DNA of 64,000 bases from Amoebidium appalachense (GCA_963693365.1 CAVNZM010000017.1:845989-909988), one strand, 5' to 3'; positions 1-37,854 are shown, counted from the stretch's first letter. A program made the numbers and translations. Notes: generated from the sequence alone by a model not told the origin.

Positions 1-117
1 AGAGCGAGACAGGGTGCACAAAAGGCGGCATGTTTGGGTGATGGCTATGCGATCGAAGTAGGGGAGGAAGCGGAGGATGTGGCAGATGACCTCGTCGGGA
101 AGGCACTCCAGAGGGCA

Positions 118-178
<61 letters not shown>

Positions 179-1210
179 CATGCGTGTGCGTGTGTGTGTG
201 CGAGTGTGTGCGGAAAGAGAGAATATGGGGGGAGGGGGAGACAGGGAGAGAGGGTTGCAGAGAGAGAGGGGCCGGGGGGGGAAGGAAGGAAGTAAGGGAG
301 GGAGGGAGGGGGAGAGAGAGAAGCGGGTGGGTGGAGGGGATGGGGAAGAGAGAGAGATAGAGGGAGAGAGGGATGGTGAGAGAGAGAGGGGGGGAGGGGG
401 GGGAGAGGGGGAGGAGAGGGAGAGGGGCAGGAGGCAGGGAGGAAAGGAGGGGGAGTGAGTGAGAGGAGCAAGATCTAGAAAGGAGACTGCATGTTCTTGG
501 TGTATTTCAACCAGAGTTGCTGCCTAGTGCTTTGCCCTTATTAGATCGACACAATCCCCCCCTCCCCCCCCCCCCCCCCCCCCCCCCTCCCCCCTCCCCC
601 CTTCCCCCGCCCCCTCCCCGCTCCCTTTCTAGGGCCACCAAAACCCAAAGTTCTAGGCAACTTACGGTAAACCATAATTCTCCCTTTTCAAAAAAAGTGA
701 CCCAACAAGGAAAACAGGGAGCATTTTAAAAAGTATCGAATTGGAATACTGGCGTACACTCCGATTTACAGCCGTTCTTCCCACCCATCCTCAGCCAAAT
801 TTAAGTCCCCGTACCCAAGCAACACAACACACATCTTGCTCACAAACACGTACACAGAAAGCCGACAGATGTGCACACACGCACCTTTGCCCGCGGTCAA
901 TCGTTCGAACCGTGGCATGTCGACGTGCAGTGTGGGTGGGCCCCACGCGAGCCTATGCCTTTGTTTTTCCGACTTATGAAGTATTTTCTTATCCTTTTAT
1001 GTCAACAACATTTCCCCTCTCTATGTTTCCCTTCTCTATCCTAGCTAGCCCCTAGACAATTTGAGCTTTTTGCAAGTTGTACACTTGGATATTCAGACTT
1101 GTTTCTCGTAGGCTGAAATTTACCTCGAAATATTGTTGGCCTTGCCCTGTCAGTTCAGTTTTCATCTGAAAGGACTCTAGATGACGTCATAGTAAATAGA
1201 CTGCTTTTGG

Positions 1211-1256
<46 letters not shown>

Positions 1257-1536
1257 CTTCCTTGTGTGTGCACTCATTATATCGATACAGCATATATGGC
1301 ATGCACATTCGTGTGCGGTCGCATGTGTGGGCCCGGGGACTCTGAGAGACTGGACGGGGAAGAGGAATGACTCACGGGAAAGGACACACACACACAAACA
1401 CACGTACACACACGCACAGCCACGAAGCAGGCGTACAGCTGCAGGAGCTATTGCCGGGCATGATGGGGGAAGATGAAGGCCATGTGAGAGGAGCACTCGC
1501 GGGTAGAGAGGATATAGGTCGGAACGTTATTTTCAT
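1..1536 (-). CDS. F-box domain protein, 5' part (continues beyond left edge)
   Basis: Exons 1536-1418, 952-885 and 119-<1 join in phase across GT-AG introns. The third exon reads CPLECLPDEVICHILRFLPYFDRIAITQTCRLL, a typical F-box (LPxE-I---I---L). The first two exons rest on phase and splice sites only. Confidence 0.7.
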
Positions 1537-1880
1537 TTCGAGTCTCTGTCAGTACATGCACAACTATGTTCAATTGTTAATATTCTCAACCACACACACA
1601 CACACACTCGGGGACCAACTAGCTAGCTCGAAGTGACACTTACGTGTACACCGTTCAAGCGATACGCGTACGGGGGTTTTTTTGTTTCAAAAAAATTTAT
1701 TCCAATTTGGGAAAAGGCCCGGACTGGTCAGCTTCCGGGGAGCTCTGCCACTGGGCCTCATGCGTGTGCATGGTTTACTCAAGTGTACAAACGTGGCGCA
1801 TCCCTTTGCACCTCTTTCACACACTAACAAACCTATTTGTTTACAAAACACATAATCAGGCATTTGCCACGTGCCTCCCT

Positions 1881-1919
<39 letters not shown>

Positions 1920-2381
1920 AAAAAAAAGAAAAAGAAAAAGAAAAAAAAGAAGAAGGCAAAAAAAAGAAAAACAGCTCCTACAAATTCCGCTACCCTGATA
2001 CTTCAAGCATATCTACAGTTGAAAAATTCCCAATGCAGCGCACTGTCTCCCAACATATCCCCGTAGATGCATCCACAAATCTCTTATACCATGTACCAAA
2101 ATGAACGCCACATGTCACAGAATATCTACGTAGATGCCCACTTCTACCCAGAACATCCAAATAAATATATTTCATGGTTTCACATATGCATATCCCATAA
2201 TATCCATGTTAGTGTCTGTCATACCTATTCCAGAATATCTAGTGACATGGTTATCTGTAATGGCTTTCGCCGGTCCAAATTTCCGCGTATATCTAGCATT
2301 GACATCCCCATATATTCCAAAATATTCCAAAATATCTACGTAATTTTTTGTCATGACTATTATATATATGTATTAGACTAA

Positions 2382-9288
<6,907 letters not shown>

Positions 9289-10223
9289 TTCAGAAAACAC
9301 CGGGCGTCGGTGTATGACTCTGCTGCGTTGAGTACACTATGATAATATCCAAGCGCTGATTGTTGAAAAGAAGCGAAAAAAACTAAACTGAGCAGCGACC
9401 GCCAAGAAAAAGCTTCGAACTGAAAAAACGGCCGACCGTGAGGCGTTGATTTGGCGAAAAGCATCGATCTGAGCCTCCTCGCCCTCCCGGGCTCTCCCTG
9501 GCCGGATCCGGAGTGGCTTTTTTTTTGCCCTGGTTTTTTTGCTCTTTCTTTCGTTTTCTTTTTTTTTTGTTTGTTTTTCTTGCTTTTCGCTTTTGTGGGT
9601 CCCCTTGTAGGCCTCAGCTTTCTACTATTATACACGAGGAGCAATATTTTCTAATATTGTACAGGCTTACATGAAGACACAGTTAGTGGTTGGAGACCTC
9701 TGTGCAATTGAGCATATGTAAACAAAGGGAAGAAAAAGGCTACAATCACAAGGTAGTCTTTCGAATTTTGCTCTTGTGTTGCAGGTGGCCAAAGGTGGGT
9801 GCCATACGAGGCTCGGCGCTGTCATGTATATACAAAGAAAAAGCACACCGTCATATCACACACCCAAAAAAACCTCTATAAGCACTTATGCGGCCAGAGG
9901 TTGTAAGTGGAAAGAAGCTGGAAGCTTCGAAGGGGCGGAAAGGTTCCATACACAAAGCTCTTTCGCCACACCCACCTAACCTCGGCTTACATTCCTAGAA
10001 CATATTATAGCACAAGCTAAACACAGTGCAGCTGCTGCAGGCTCATGGTTGCGCCTGCCAATAGCAGGTCAACACAACCAGAGTCCACGGAAGTTCTTCG
10101 TTTTCTATTATCATAGTATCACCAAGACATGCAGTTCTAGATGGTTTTAAGCAGACGGGGTGTCTGGGGTGGAAGGTGGTGGCATGGGGTTGGTTTCATC
10201 CAAAAGGGGAGGTGTGTGCGTGT

Positions 10224-10280
<57 letters not shown>

Positions 10281-11080
10281 AGGGCCCAAATGGCATAATA
10301 TTCAATCAAAAAGAATCAGTTGGTTTTGAGCTTCAGGAGAGGTGCTTTATTAGTCTTTGGATACGAAGGACTGGGAAAGAGCCGCTCGCACAGACGTTGT
10401 CCAATCTTAGAGCTAGCTATTTACAACAGTTTTTCCGTTAGCGTCGTGAAGGTTGCTAGGTAGCGGCACATAAGTCTAAAACCTGCCCCGGTTAGAATTT
10501 AAGTGATTGGGTCCAACTTGCAACACCGGGTTGGATCAGTATATATGCATAGTGCCAGTGTCACGTTTCTTCGGCGCTGTGTTATTCGGCTATTTTCTAG
10601 CTACAGGCAGCTAAGTGCGCTATAAATAAAGGCATGTACTTGTTGCTTATATTAACTCTGTCTATCAAAAACGTAGCGTCATGATGGTGGAGATGTGGTT
10701 GCACGTTCCCAGCTAAAGAAAGGCAAAACAAAATGAAAAAGGATGCAGAATCCTTTATATATTGGGTATTTGAATCGGGTATCTGAGAGCTCATGCATCT
10801 ATTGGAGTACTAAGTCAGAGGGTAAAATGACCAAACGAACACTAATAGTGGAAGATCATAACACTCCAGTTTGCTGTTTTTTGAAAACCAAAAACTGCAT
10901 ATAAGTATATATTTTAGTGTAAAAATAACTAGTAATAATTTATATATCAAGCTAGATATTACACTGTGTTTAAAGGTTGCCAGGTACATATATAATGCAA
11001 ACGCTTGCATCATCAATGTACCGATCCGTTACCGATAGTTTTACCCACCTTTCAACCGATTCTTAACAATACGCATTTTT

Positions 11081-11126
11081 GATTGGGTTTAAATTTCATC
11101 CGATCCCCTCCCAACTGTATATAAAA
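11081..11126 (+). promoter_or_regulatory. Histone gene core promoter: reverse CCAAT and TATA box
   Basis: GATTGG at 11081-11086 and TATATAAAA at 11118-11126, 65-110 bp upstream of the H2A ATG. Confidence 0.6.
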
Positions 11127-11190
11127 CCAAGCTCACCCACATTCTTTCATTCAACACATCACACCGTTTCAGATTCGCTCAAACGCCACA

Positions 11191-11619
11191 ATGTCAGGCA
11201 AAGGAAAGGGAGGGAAGGGAGCGGGCAAGACCGCCGCTGGCAAGTCCAAGTCTCGCTCTTCACGCGCCGGGCTTCAGTTCCCCGTCGGCCGTGTTCACCG
11301 TCTTCTTCGCAAGGGTAACTATGCCGAGCGCGTGGGTGCCGGTGCCCCCGTCTACCTCGCAGCCGTCCTCGAGTACTTGGCTGCTGAGATTCTCGAGTTG
11401 GCTGGCAACGCTGCCCGTGACAACAAGAAGACACGTATCATCCCCCGCCATCTTCAGCTCGCCATTCGCAACGACGAGGAGCTTAACCGCCTTCTCGGCG
11501 GCGTGACCATCGCCCAGGGTGGTGTGCTGCCCAATATCCATGCTGTGCTCCTCCCCAAGAAGACCGGCAAGGAGGGAGCCCCCAAGAAGGGTGCCTCGTC
11601 TCAGAGCCAGGAGTTCTAA
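11191..11619 (+). CDS. H2AX: Histone H2A, H2A.X type (C-terminal SQEF), intronless
   Basis: [43 protein letters not shown]...[12 protein letters not shown]; ends SQSQEF, the SQ(E/D)-hydrophobic ATM/ATR phosphorylation motif. Confidence 0.97.
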   Translation: MSGKGKGGKGAGKTAAGKSKSRSSRAGLQFPVGRVHRLLRKGNYAERVGAGAPVYLAAVLEYLAAEILELAGNAARDNKKTRIIPRHLQLAIRNDEELNRLLGGVTIAQGGVLPNIHAVLLPKKTGKEGAPKKGASSQSQEF

Positions 11620-11685
11620 GCGCGTGTTGTGCGTGTTATGGTCCTGTGTGCTTATTATTATTCCTGCCACGGCAAAAAAAAAAAC

Positions 11686-11701
11686 GGTGTTTAAAAACAC
11701 C
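11686..11701 (+). promoter_or_regulatory. Histone mRNA 3' stem-loop (variant)
   Basis: AAAC-GGTGTT-TAAA-AACACC-ACAC: 6-bp stem starting GG, 4-nt loop, A-rich 5' and AC-rich 3' flanks, 66 nt after the stop codon. Confidence 0.75.
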
Positions 11702-12365
11702 ACACCCCTATTTAAAAGAGTTTTCATACACGTGGTTGCTACGTATTTTCCTTCTTATGAACTGGTGCTGTGTGCACATCGGCAAAGAAGCCATTGTATG
11801 AGTGTTTGGCTGCTTGGAGATATTTTGACAGCTTGACACGTCCAGGTCCGAAAGGACGCTAACCTAAAAAAGTGCAAGTATGGTTGCTTTTGATCAAAGA
11901 ATTATGTATGGAATGAATGTGACTGGCTCACAGAATAAAACCCTTTGTACAATTGACAAAATTTACTCGAGCCACACGTATCTCATTCACGGTAATACAA
12001 CTGGTCTCTGACACATGCACTCTCTCCCTCAAAAAGTGGTTCTCGGGTTACTTTTGTGGCCATATATAGTACGGCCACAGACCAAAAAGGATTAGTCACG
12101 TGTCTGAGCTTGTTTCCGTCACGTTCAGGTCCTCGCAAACTGCATTCCTAAATGGTCCAACTATTAGGGAGGCCACACTTCCAAAACTGCCAGGCAGACG
12201 GAAGTACCCACATATACAAAGAGTCCAGCCTCACTTGTCAGATTACCGTGTATACATCCACACGTACAATTGCTCCTAATGACTTGGTGGCATCTATACT
12301 CACACGTACACTTACTTTTTATGACTTATGGCTAGATGCTTTCGAGCATTTTTGATACTGTAAGA

Positions 12366-12437
12366 TAGCAATTTTTAGTACTGTAAAATTAGGCACCTTT
12401 CTAGCAATTTTTAGTACTGTAAAATTAGGCACCTTTC
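12366..12437. repeat. Perfect 36-bp tandem duplication just upstream of the CARS start codon
   Basis: TAGCAATTTTTAGTACTGTAAAATTAGGCACCTTTC x2. Confidence 0.9.
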
Positions 12438-12465
12438 TCGAGATCTAGGATGCTAAGCAGATAAA

Positions 12466-29308
<16,843 letters not shown>

Positions 29309-29521
29309 TTTTCATTTTTAACGGAACGATAAGTGTAGGTGAACTTTACGTTTATATTTTGTTTTGGTTATATTTTTTGATTGAGGCAGGGGATGGGGTC
29401 GATCTTTAGTGTGATAATCTGACCCCAGGTCCTGTCTTTTTACTAGAATGGTGTAGGTATTTTGTGTTTTCACCCAACGCACATCCACATGCAACACACA
29501 TGCGCACGCGTGCGTGCACAC

Positions 29522-29612
<91 letters not shown>

Positions 29613-29987
29613 CACGGTGACTACCTTCGTCATTCAGCATCATTGTCAGACCTAAAATTCGGCCCCTTACCTTCCTTCTTTCTTTCACCACCTTCCTTTC
29701 CCTCGTCCCCCCAAACGCCCTTCCGAAACCCAATATGAATCTTTTAACACACCCATTCCGCGTTTGGTATGTTTGGAAGGTTTGCAATAGAAGCATGCTT
29801 AGAGCATGAATCGTATTTCATCCGGGTAATCTGCCCGGTACCTGCCTTTGTCCACACATTGAAAATATAACGACTCCTAGCTAACCAGAAGTGAAATATT
29901 CTGGGATGTGAAAGAGGGTGGGGATGGGCAGAAAGACTTAAGATAAGGTGTGGGTGGGTGACTCTGGGGTGGGGTGGGGTGGGACAA

Positions 29988-30036
<49 letters not shown>

Positions 30037-30783
30037 GCCTGGCAACCGTAACTTTACAATGGTTACATCCGTGCAAAGCCCATGTATGCGGCTGTCCAAA
30101 TTTGGTTTATGTCATAGTGATCCCGGCTAGAGCGTCAGAATGCATATCCATGCCCATAATATACATATTCCCGCCCAGGGCTGGAATAAACTTTCACGTA
30201 ATAACCATAAATGGACGGAATAGATGAGGCATATGCATCTACTTGGTGTCACATGTAGAAAACACCCGACAAATCTTTTTGCAAATGTCGAAGGCCACTT
30301 TGGCTGCTCCGGCCAACAATACACCAGTCTTGCAATATGTTGACCGTTCCCTTACTTCCCCCCCTTCCCTCTCCCCTCTCCCCCTCTCCCCTCTCCCCTA
30401 CTCCTTTTTACAAACACTAGTATTTCCCGACACCCCAGGCCCCAGGTTCTCTCCCGTGAATAATATTCCACTTTGATCATGTTTTGTTCGAATTATATAT
30501 GCCACTTCAAATTGTGCCCCTTCCCCCGGGCCCGCTACCTCTTCCTCGGCCCGTGCCTACGTACACCCTCCGGACGGACTACTATGTATTTACTAAACCT
30601 AGGGTTTGCTCTGTCCCCCCCCCCCCCCCCCCCCCCCGCCCCCCAATTGCAACCACACTTGGCCCAAGTGTCCCACCTACTCACACCTCACATCTCCGAC
30701 CACGGTACCATCTCACAAGAGGCTCACAAGAGGCTCATCTAGAGAGTCGGGAGACTGAGAGAGAGCCTCTCCGAGAAACAGAA

Positions 30784-30833
<50 letters not shown>

Positions 30834-30858
30834 CGAGAGTGAGAGAGAGAGAGAGATC

Positions 30859-30891
<33 letters not shown>

Positions 30892-31068
30892 CTGAGAGAG
30901 AAGGAGAGAGCCGGAGAACGAGAGCAAGAAAGAGAGAGTGTGTTGTGTGTGACTCTGTGTGTGTGTCACTGAGTCACGTGTGTGAGTGTTGTGGTTGGAT
31001 GGATGGCTGGGTATCGGGGCGGGGAGGAGGAGAGGGGGAGAGCCTGGCACTGAGGAGGTGCGGGACCA

Positions 31069-31107
<39 letters not shown>

Positions 31108-31406
31108 TTGCACCCACACCATGTTGGTCTCAACCCAGGCTCCACCCACCCACAGGGACTGAGAGCCTCGGAGCGAGAGTGCAATACGCTGTGTATCTGT
31201 GTGTAAATTTACAACCTTTGTCACCGTGAGTGGGTGGATGCAACTTGGTGATATGATTGGCCCGGTATTTCTGTGTGTGTGCGTGTGTGTTGGGGGGAGG
31301 GGGGGGGGGGGGGGGGGGGGGATGGGGAGGGAGGGAAGACCCGGAGGCGTTAGGCGCAGATTGCGGTGCTTATGATTTCGTAAAGGTTCCGGGACCACCC
31401 GGCCGA

Positions 31407-31465
<59 letters not shown>

Positions 31466-31968
31466 CCCGCCCCAAACACACACACACACACACACACACA
31501 ACCAAGAAAAAAAAAAAAAGAAAAAAAAAAACAAAAACGAAAGCACCTTTCCCTCAGCTGAAACTAAACGAATTCCGGCAAAGTTCACGTGCTCTGCAGA
31601 AGTTCCGCGGAAATTAATATTTAGTGTATGGTATCCGATCCTATATCAATATTGCACATCATCGGATGCGGCCCAAATTGGCAATCAAAAATCAAAGAAT
31701 AATCTGCTTCTATGCTCTGTACTGGTGCCTTAGCGGAGCGTGAGAGGCGATCATACTGTATGCAGGCTCTAAATCCTTCATTGAACCATGCCATCATGCC
31801 GGCATGATGACAATCAATTCCGTGGGTCTGCCAGGTGGTGAGTTGTGAAGTTCTCAATCAACAACTGCGTGCAACTAGCCACGACAAAGGAGAGGGCTGA
31901 GGAGGGGGGAGGAAAGGGGAGGGGACCCGCGGCGGCGCCGAGGGTGGGTGGGTGCCAGGGTGGGGTGT

Positions 31969-32027
<59 letters not shown>

Positions 32028-32095
32028 AGGGTCCTGGAGGGGGGGGGGGGGGGGGGGGCACAATGATTCCGACATCGCAAAAAGGTGACCTCACA

Positions 32096-32175
<80 letters not shown>

Positions 32176-32806
32176 CACACGCACGCACACACGCACGCAC
32201 GCACGCAAGCACGTGCCTGAACAGGGCCCTCGTACAAACCCACACACGGATGTACATAGGCACATAAATAAGCCGCGTGCACACGCAAAACAGGCACACT
32301 GAAAACACATCCATGCACACGGGTGCACACATTGACATACACACTCGATACGCACAACCTTTGTAAACTCGGTTGTTAATGGTTCCTTTATTTCTTTCAC
32401 CAATGCTAAAACAATTTCTCTCTAACTCATCACTCTAAATTGCATGTTTACTCTTTGTATCACTGAGACATCATGCTACCAAACTCATCAACTATATCTC
32501 ATTTCAATCTTAACCAGCATTATGTACATATATAGAAGAAGCACCATCATTCTAATAATCTTATTCTCTATATGAAGTGCAGAATGCGCGCGTATACACC
32601 TACGCCTACTCAGTGCACGTGCGTATGACCTGCAATGATGCATGTTGCGTTTTAGATCATGTTATGCACGTGGGTGTGAGTGTAGGTGTACAAATGCAAA
32701 TCTATTGGTCCGGTGGAAGCGTGTTTCCCTTTCACGTGCCAAAAACCTTTCTACCCCACTAACTAAAGGAAAACAAAAACAAAAACAAAAAATAATGAAA
32801 TAAATA

Positions 32807-32838
<32 letters not shown>

Positions 32839-32923
32839 TATAAATAAATAAATGAAAACAATAAAAACAAAATAGAATTAAAAATCATGCAAAAAACAAC
32901 TTCAAAACCAGACACATACACAC

Positions 32924-33191
32924 TCACAGTGCACTTAAAGGCCTATCGACCTCCCCATCATCCCCGTGCAACAACCCTTTTCCTTCGTCGCTATTCCATG
33001 AATCACTCTTAACCCTCTTTTGGTGTCGCCAGTATAGAAACGCACTAACCAAAGCACCCAAAACTATAGAGGCTACACCAAGAGAAATACCAACTATGTC
33101 TCCGGGGCAGAGGTCTTTGTATGTGCAGATAAAGAGGTCGTCGCGAACTTTACGAACGAGTTTTTCTTGAATTCCCTGTTTTTGTGTGTGT

Positions 33192-33248
<57 letters not shown>

Positions 33249-33752
33249 GAAGGGAGGGACGGAGGGAGGTGTGTGTGTGTGTGGGGGGGGAGGGGGGAGG
33301 TGTGTGTGTGTGTGTGTGTGTGCGCATGCGGTGTGTATGTGTGTGCGTGTGCGTGTATGCGTGTGTGCGTGTGTGTGTGTTGGGCGGGTTCAGGCTGTGG
33401 TACAGAGTACAAAGTACACAATAACGACGGAAAGCAGCAAAAATGTTTTGCAAACCACCGAGTATGGACCATAAATAGAGGCCCATCCTTAGAGGATTCC
33501 CATCATGTGTCATCCACAGTACCCGAATTTCGACCCATTCACCTCGTGTAAGAAATCCGAATACAAGAATTTGCTGCCCTTGAACAAGGATGGGTCACCC
33601 TTCCTCATCAGGTACGAGCTGAGCTCATTCATGCAAGCATGCATCACAGATAAAAGTAGCATGTCCGGCGGGGGGGGGGGGGGGGGGGGGGTATGGTGAG
33701 GGCAGGGGCTAAGCAAGGTCGTGGATGACAGTATGAATGTGCGTGTCACCTC

Positions 33753-33783
<31 letters not shown>

Positions 33784-34168
33784 CTCTCTCTCGCTCTCTC
33801 TCCTGCCCTCTCCCCCCGGCCCCCGTCTCTTCTCTCTCTCTCTGTGTGTGTATGCGTGTGCCCGTGTGTATGTATGTGTGTGTGTATGCGTGTGCCCGTG
33901 TGTATGTATGTGTGTGTGTATGCGTGTGCCCGTGTGTATGTATGTGTGTGTGTATGCGTGTGCCCATGTGTATGTATGTGTGTGTGCGCGCGCACGCCCG
34001 GGGGTGGGGGGCAGGAGGGAGGGGGTGGGGTGGGTTTAGGCGGGGGGTTGACACACACCTCCATGGCTAAGGGGAATTCGAATGCTGCCGCCGATAGAAA
34101 GCTCCGGACAAATCTATGGTCGAAGGTGATTAAGTGGTTGGTCTCTGATTTCTCGTAGTCCTGTCGGT
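32924..34168 (-). CDS. 3' exons of a predicted single-pass membrane protein (upstream exons unresolved)
   Basis: Exons 34168-34059 and 33175-32924 join in phase (GT-AG). TM-like segment [23 protein letters not shown], basic stop-transfer RHQKR, acidic dileucine EGKGLL in the tail. Confidence 0.6.
33390..33668 (-). mobile_element. C-tract-associated element, diverged subfamily C
   Basis: Reverse complement shares GGTCGAAA-T-TCGGGTACTGTGGATGAC, AGGATGGGC and TGTGTACTT-GTACT with subfamily A; the 5' end abuts a C-tract. Confidence 0.7.
33845..33985. repeat. 30-32-bp minisatellite, ~4 copies
   Basis: GTGTGTATGCGTGTGCCCGTGTGTATGTAT repeated. Confidence 0.8.
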
Positions 34169-34208
34169 CTGTATACAAGTGTGTGTGTGTGTACGTGTGT
34201 ACGTGTGT

Positions 34209-34318
<110 letters not shown>

Positions 34319-36838
34319 ATTTTCTTTAGGGAGTGCCCGTGTTTATGGCTTGTGTACGTCGTATCGGCAAGGAATGGGGTTAAGAAGGGTTTGGCTTTTG
34401 TAAATAACACACTAGCAAAAGACAAACAAACAAACAAACAAAAAAAACTAATGATAATGACAAGGAAGGGGCTTTGGAGGAGAGAGGGTGGGGGGGAGGG
34501 GCAAAAGCAAAGTCAGGCTGATTCAAGACTCGTCCATGTTCTCGTAAAGTTCCCCCCCCCCCCCCCCCCCCCCCATCCCCTCCCCCCCCTCCCCTCTTCT
34601 CCCCAACCCGTGCAATAAAAACTCGAACAAATACTCGTCTCCTTTTCTCCTCAGCCAATGTCAAATGGTCATATACGGCGGGGACATAGGGGGACGATTT
34701 TGGTTACGGTCCATCCCCCCTTCATCCGCCACCCCCTTCTCAATCTCTCCTGCCTCTCTCTCACTCTCCCCACCTTACTCCCTCAATCTCCTCACTCTCT
34801 CCCTGTCCCCCCCCCCCCCCCCCCTTTATTATCTCACTGCCTCGCTACCCCCCCCCCCCCCCCCCCCCCGTCTTCCCACCCTTTCTCACACACACACACA
34901 CTCTCTCTTACTCTTCCCTCCAACCCCCCGCATTCTCTCGATCCCCCTCCCCCCCCCCCCCCCCCCACACACACACACCGTGTCACTCTCTCTTTCCCCC
35001 CCTCCCCCCTCCCCCCCCTCCCCCCCCCCCCCCCCTCCCCCCTCCCCCTTCCCCCACCACTCTCTGTCTCGCTCCCCCCCCCCTCCCCCTCCTCCCCCTC
35101 CCCCCCCCCCCCCAACTTTCCCTGTCTCTCTCTCCCTCTTCCCCCCTCCCCCCCCCCCCCCCCCCCACTCCCTGTTTCTCCTGCCTCCCCTCTTCCCCTC
35201 CCCTCAACCTCTCCCTGTCTCCCTCCCCTCCCCTCTCTTCTCTCCCAGTCTCCCTCTCTATACCTTTCCCCCCTCCTTCCCCTTCCTCTCTCTCTCACCC
35301 TCCCCTCACCATCCGCCCCTACGCCCCCCCCCCTCCTTACAAACACACACTCTCTCTGGAAAACCATACCAACAGCTTCCCTCATACAGCCCCCAACTTC
35401 TACGTATTTTCGCCTCCGCCCACCCCACACACACACCCCAAACATACGTGCACTCTCCCGTGATGCATACATATGCTTTCAGTTTTCAAATCGCAATCAA
35501 ACATCTCCCATAATCCTATTTTCTCTTTCAAAAACGAGAACTGAAATTAGACGGGTGGCTGCATTGTGGAGGGGAAGACACGGGGAGAGAGAACTACACT
35601 ACAGAATGAGAAAAGGAATCCCAGCGGAAATGACAGCTGTTAGAGATGTTCCATCACATACTTGTTTGGCCAGAGCTGGTTCCAGTGAAAGGGGTTGGTG
35701 TTGCCCTTTCTAGCCAAGATTCAACCATGCAGATCCGTTCACGGATGTGTGACCGTGTACGTAGTCTAAGTCGCCGTGTATGTTCGAGTCCAGCCAAAAT
35801 TTCCTCACTCCTTAGAATCAACAGAGTATATAGTGACACTTACACTCTCAGAACTACAAATCTTTTGGTCCAGAAAAATCCATGGGTAGGGCTACACATC
35901 TGTCCATACAAGCAAGGCTGAGTATCCGACACACACGAGCTTAATAGTGCCTCACGACTATGATGACGCAAAAAGGATCTTTTAGGTATTGTAAAAACTG
36001 CGCACACAACGTTATAACAAGGTGTATTTTCTTCTTTTGTAATTGAGAAATTGCACAACACCTATTATGTAAGGCAAGCCCTCACTTGCACGGCGTACGC
36101 GTTCAGACTCGGGGCTTTTGATCAAACAACCCCTTGTGTGATATCAGCGAGGTGCGGGCAGTCTCGACTCTTTGTTCTTAGTCTCGATAATGACAATAGC
36201 TCATGATATATTCGAGGGCGATGGTGGTGGTGGCGGGGGAGGGGGGGGGGGGGAAGGGCGGGAGGAGGGGACCGTGATCATGAGAAGCTGCGTGACAGTT
36301 CTTCTAACGTTATCTGTGGGAGTTATGGGAGAGCAAACTGAAAGTATACCATCAGGAAGGAAATTATGAACATTACAAGGAGCAGAGCTCATTTGAGCCT
36401 TTGGGGGAGGAGAGCGAGGGGTAGGAGGGGGGGTGGGGAGGGGGGAAGTCCGACCAAGAAGGTAAGGGGAAGGAATGAGGGGACGCAGCTCTCTTTCGTT
36501 ACACATATGCTGCACCGGCACACTGAGCCCGGTAGGTCGCCTTTAAACGTTTAACTGGTCATTCATGCTATCCCAAAAAAACAGAGTTCATCCGACCGAT
36601 TTCTCTCTCCCCCCCTCCCCCCCCCCCCCCCCCCCCCCCCGCCCGCCCGCCCCCCTCCACCCATCCCCTCGACAACTGCTTCTCCCCGGTCTCATTCACA
36701 AGTAAGTTTGGTCAATCTATTCAAGCAGATCATTCATTCATTCATACACGTTTAATTCTATCCCAACACTGCTCATGCCCCAGAGAGGCCTTCCTTCCCT
36801 CGACCCACACTCAAGCACATGGCTGGCACACCCAACCA

Positions 36839-37449
36839 CTACTTCTTCCCCTCTTTCTGCACCAAATGGCTTGCCGGCTGTGCCAATAATTGCTTCTGCA
36901 GGGCCAACTCCTTTGCCCTTTTCTGCTCTGCAGCCAGCAACTGTGCCTTGTGTCTCTCCTCCAGTTTGCCTGCTCGTTCTCTCATCTTCCTGGACTTCTC
37001 AACGAGAGTCACCATCTCCTTGCGGACAATCTGCACAAAAAAAAGGTTTAAGGTTGCTGAATAGTTTCTAAAACATGGAATAGCATGCCTTCGCAACCAA
37101 TGTGGACCAAAAAAGAATGGGCCCAGGGGGGGGGGGGGGGGGGGGGGCGTTTGGAGGGAGACTCGGTTCTGGGGGAATAAGTTCACGGAAACTGTGGAAA
37201 AGACATCTACAGAGGAGCAAAACAGGATATAAGAGTATGCAGGGGAACATTTTGGCGAATGAAATAGGACGAAAGACCGAAGGCAGGAAGCCACAGTCGC
37301 AGGTTGATGGGGGCATAAAGAGAGTGGTGTAAAGAATGGAGAAAGGATGACCGAGAGAATGAGTGAGTAGTGATTGTAAGACCGCGCAGGGGGAGGGGGG
37401 GGAGGGGGGGGAGGGCAAGGCGAGGAAAAGAGAGAGGGAGAGAGAGGGG

Positions 37450-37519
<70 letters not shown>

Positions 37520-37597
37520 GAGAGAGAGTGTGTGTGTGTGTGTGTGATTTTGATTCAGGGAGAGAGGCAAAGAGAGAGAGAGTAGAGAGAGAGAGAG

Positions 37598-37640
<43 letters not shown>

Positions 37641-37759
37641 AGAGAGACCGAGAGGGAGGGAGGGAGAGAAAGAGAAGAGAGGGGGGAGAGAGGGCAGGGC
37701 CAAGGGAGAGGAAGAGGGGGAGAGGCCCCGGATGGGTAGAGAGAGTGAGAGAGTGAGTG

Positions 37760-37808
<49 letters not shown>

Positions 37809-37810
37809 GG

Positions 37811-37854
<44 letters not shown>

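Noticed and set aside
2030-2350. Degenerate AATATCTACG / CATATCCC repeats downstream of PGAM5
   Set aside because: Too degenerate to define a unit or function by eye.
11260-11727. Antisense ORF over H2A
   Set aside because: Shadow frame caused by the histone gene's codon bias.
33519-33612. Hammerhead ribozyme in the element (CTGATGA / CTGAGGA and GAAA motifs)
   Set aside because: The core motifs are present but not in workable geometry: helix X is not adjacent to CUGANGA, no stem I forms, and subfamily B lacks the UH site after stem III.
35560-36230. Upstream exons of the membrane-protein gene
   Set aside because: Several frames and splice options are possible and none gives a recognisable protein.
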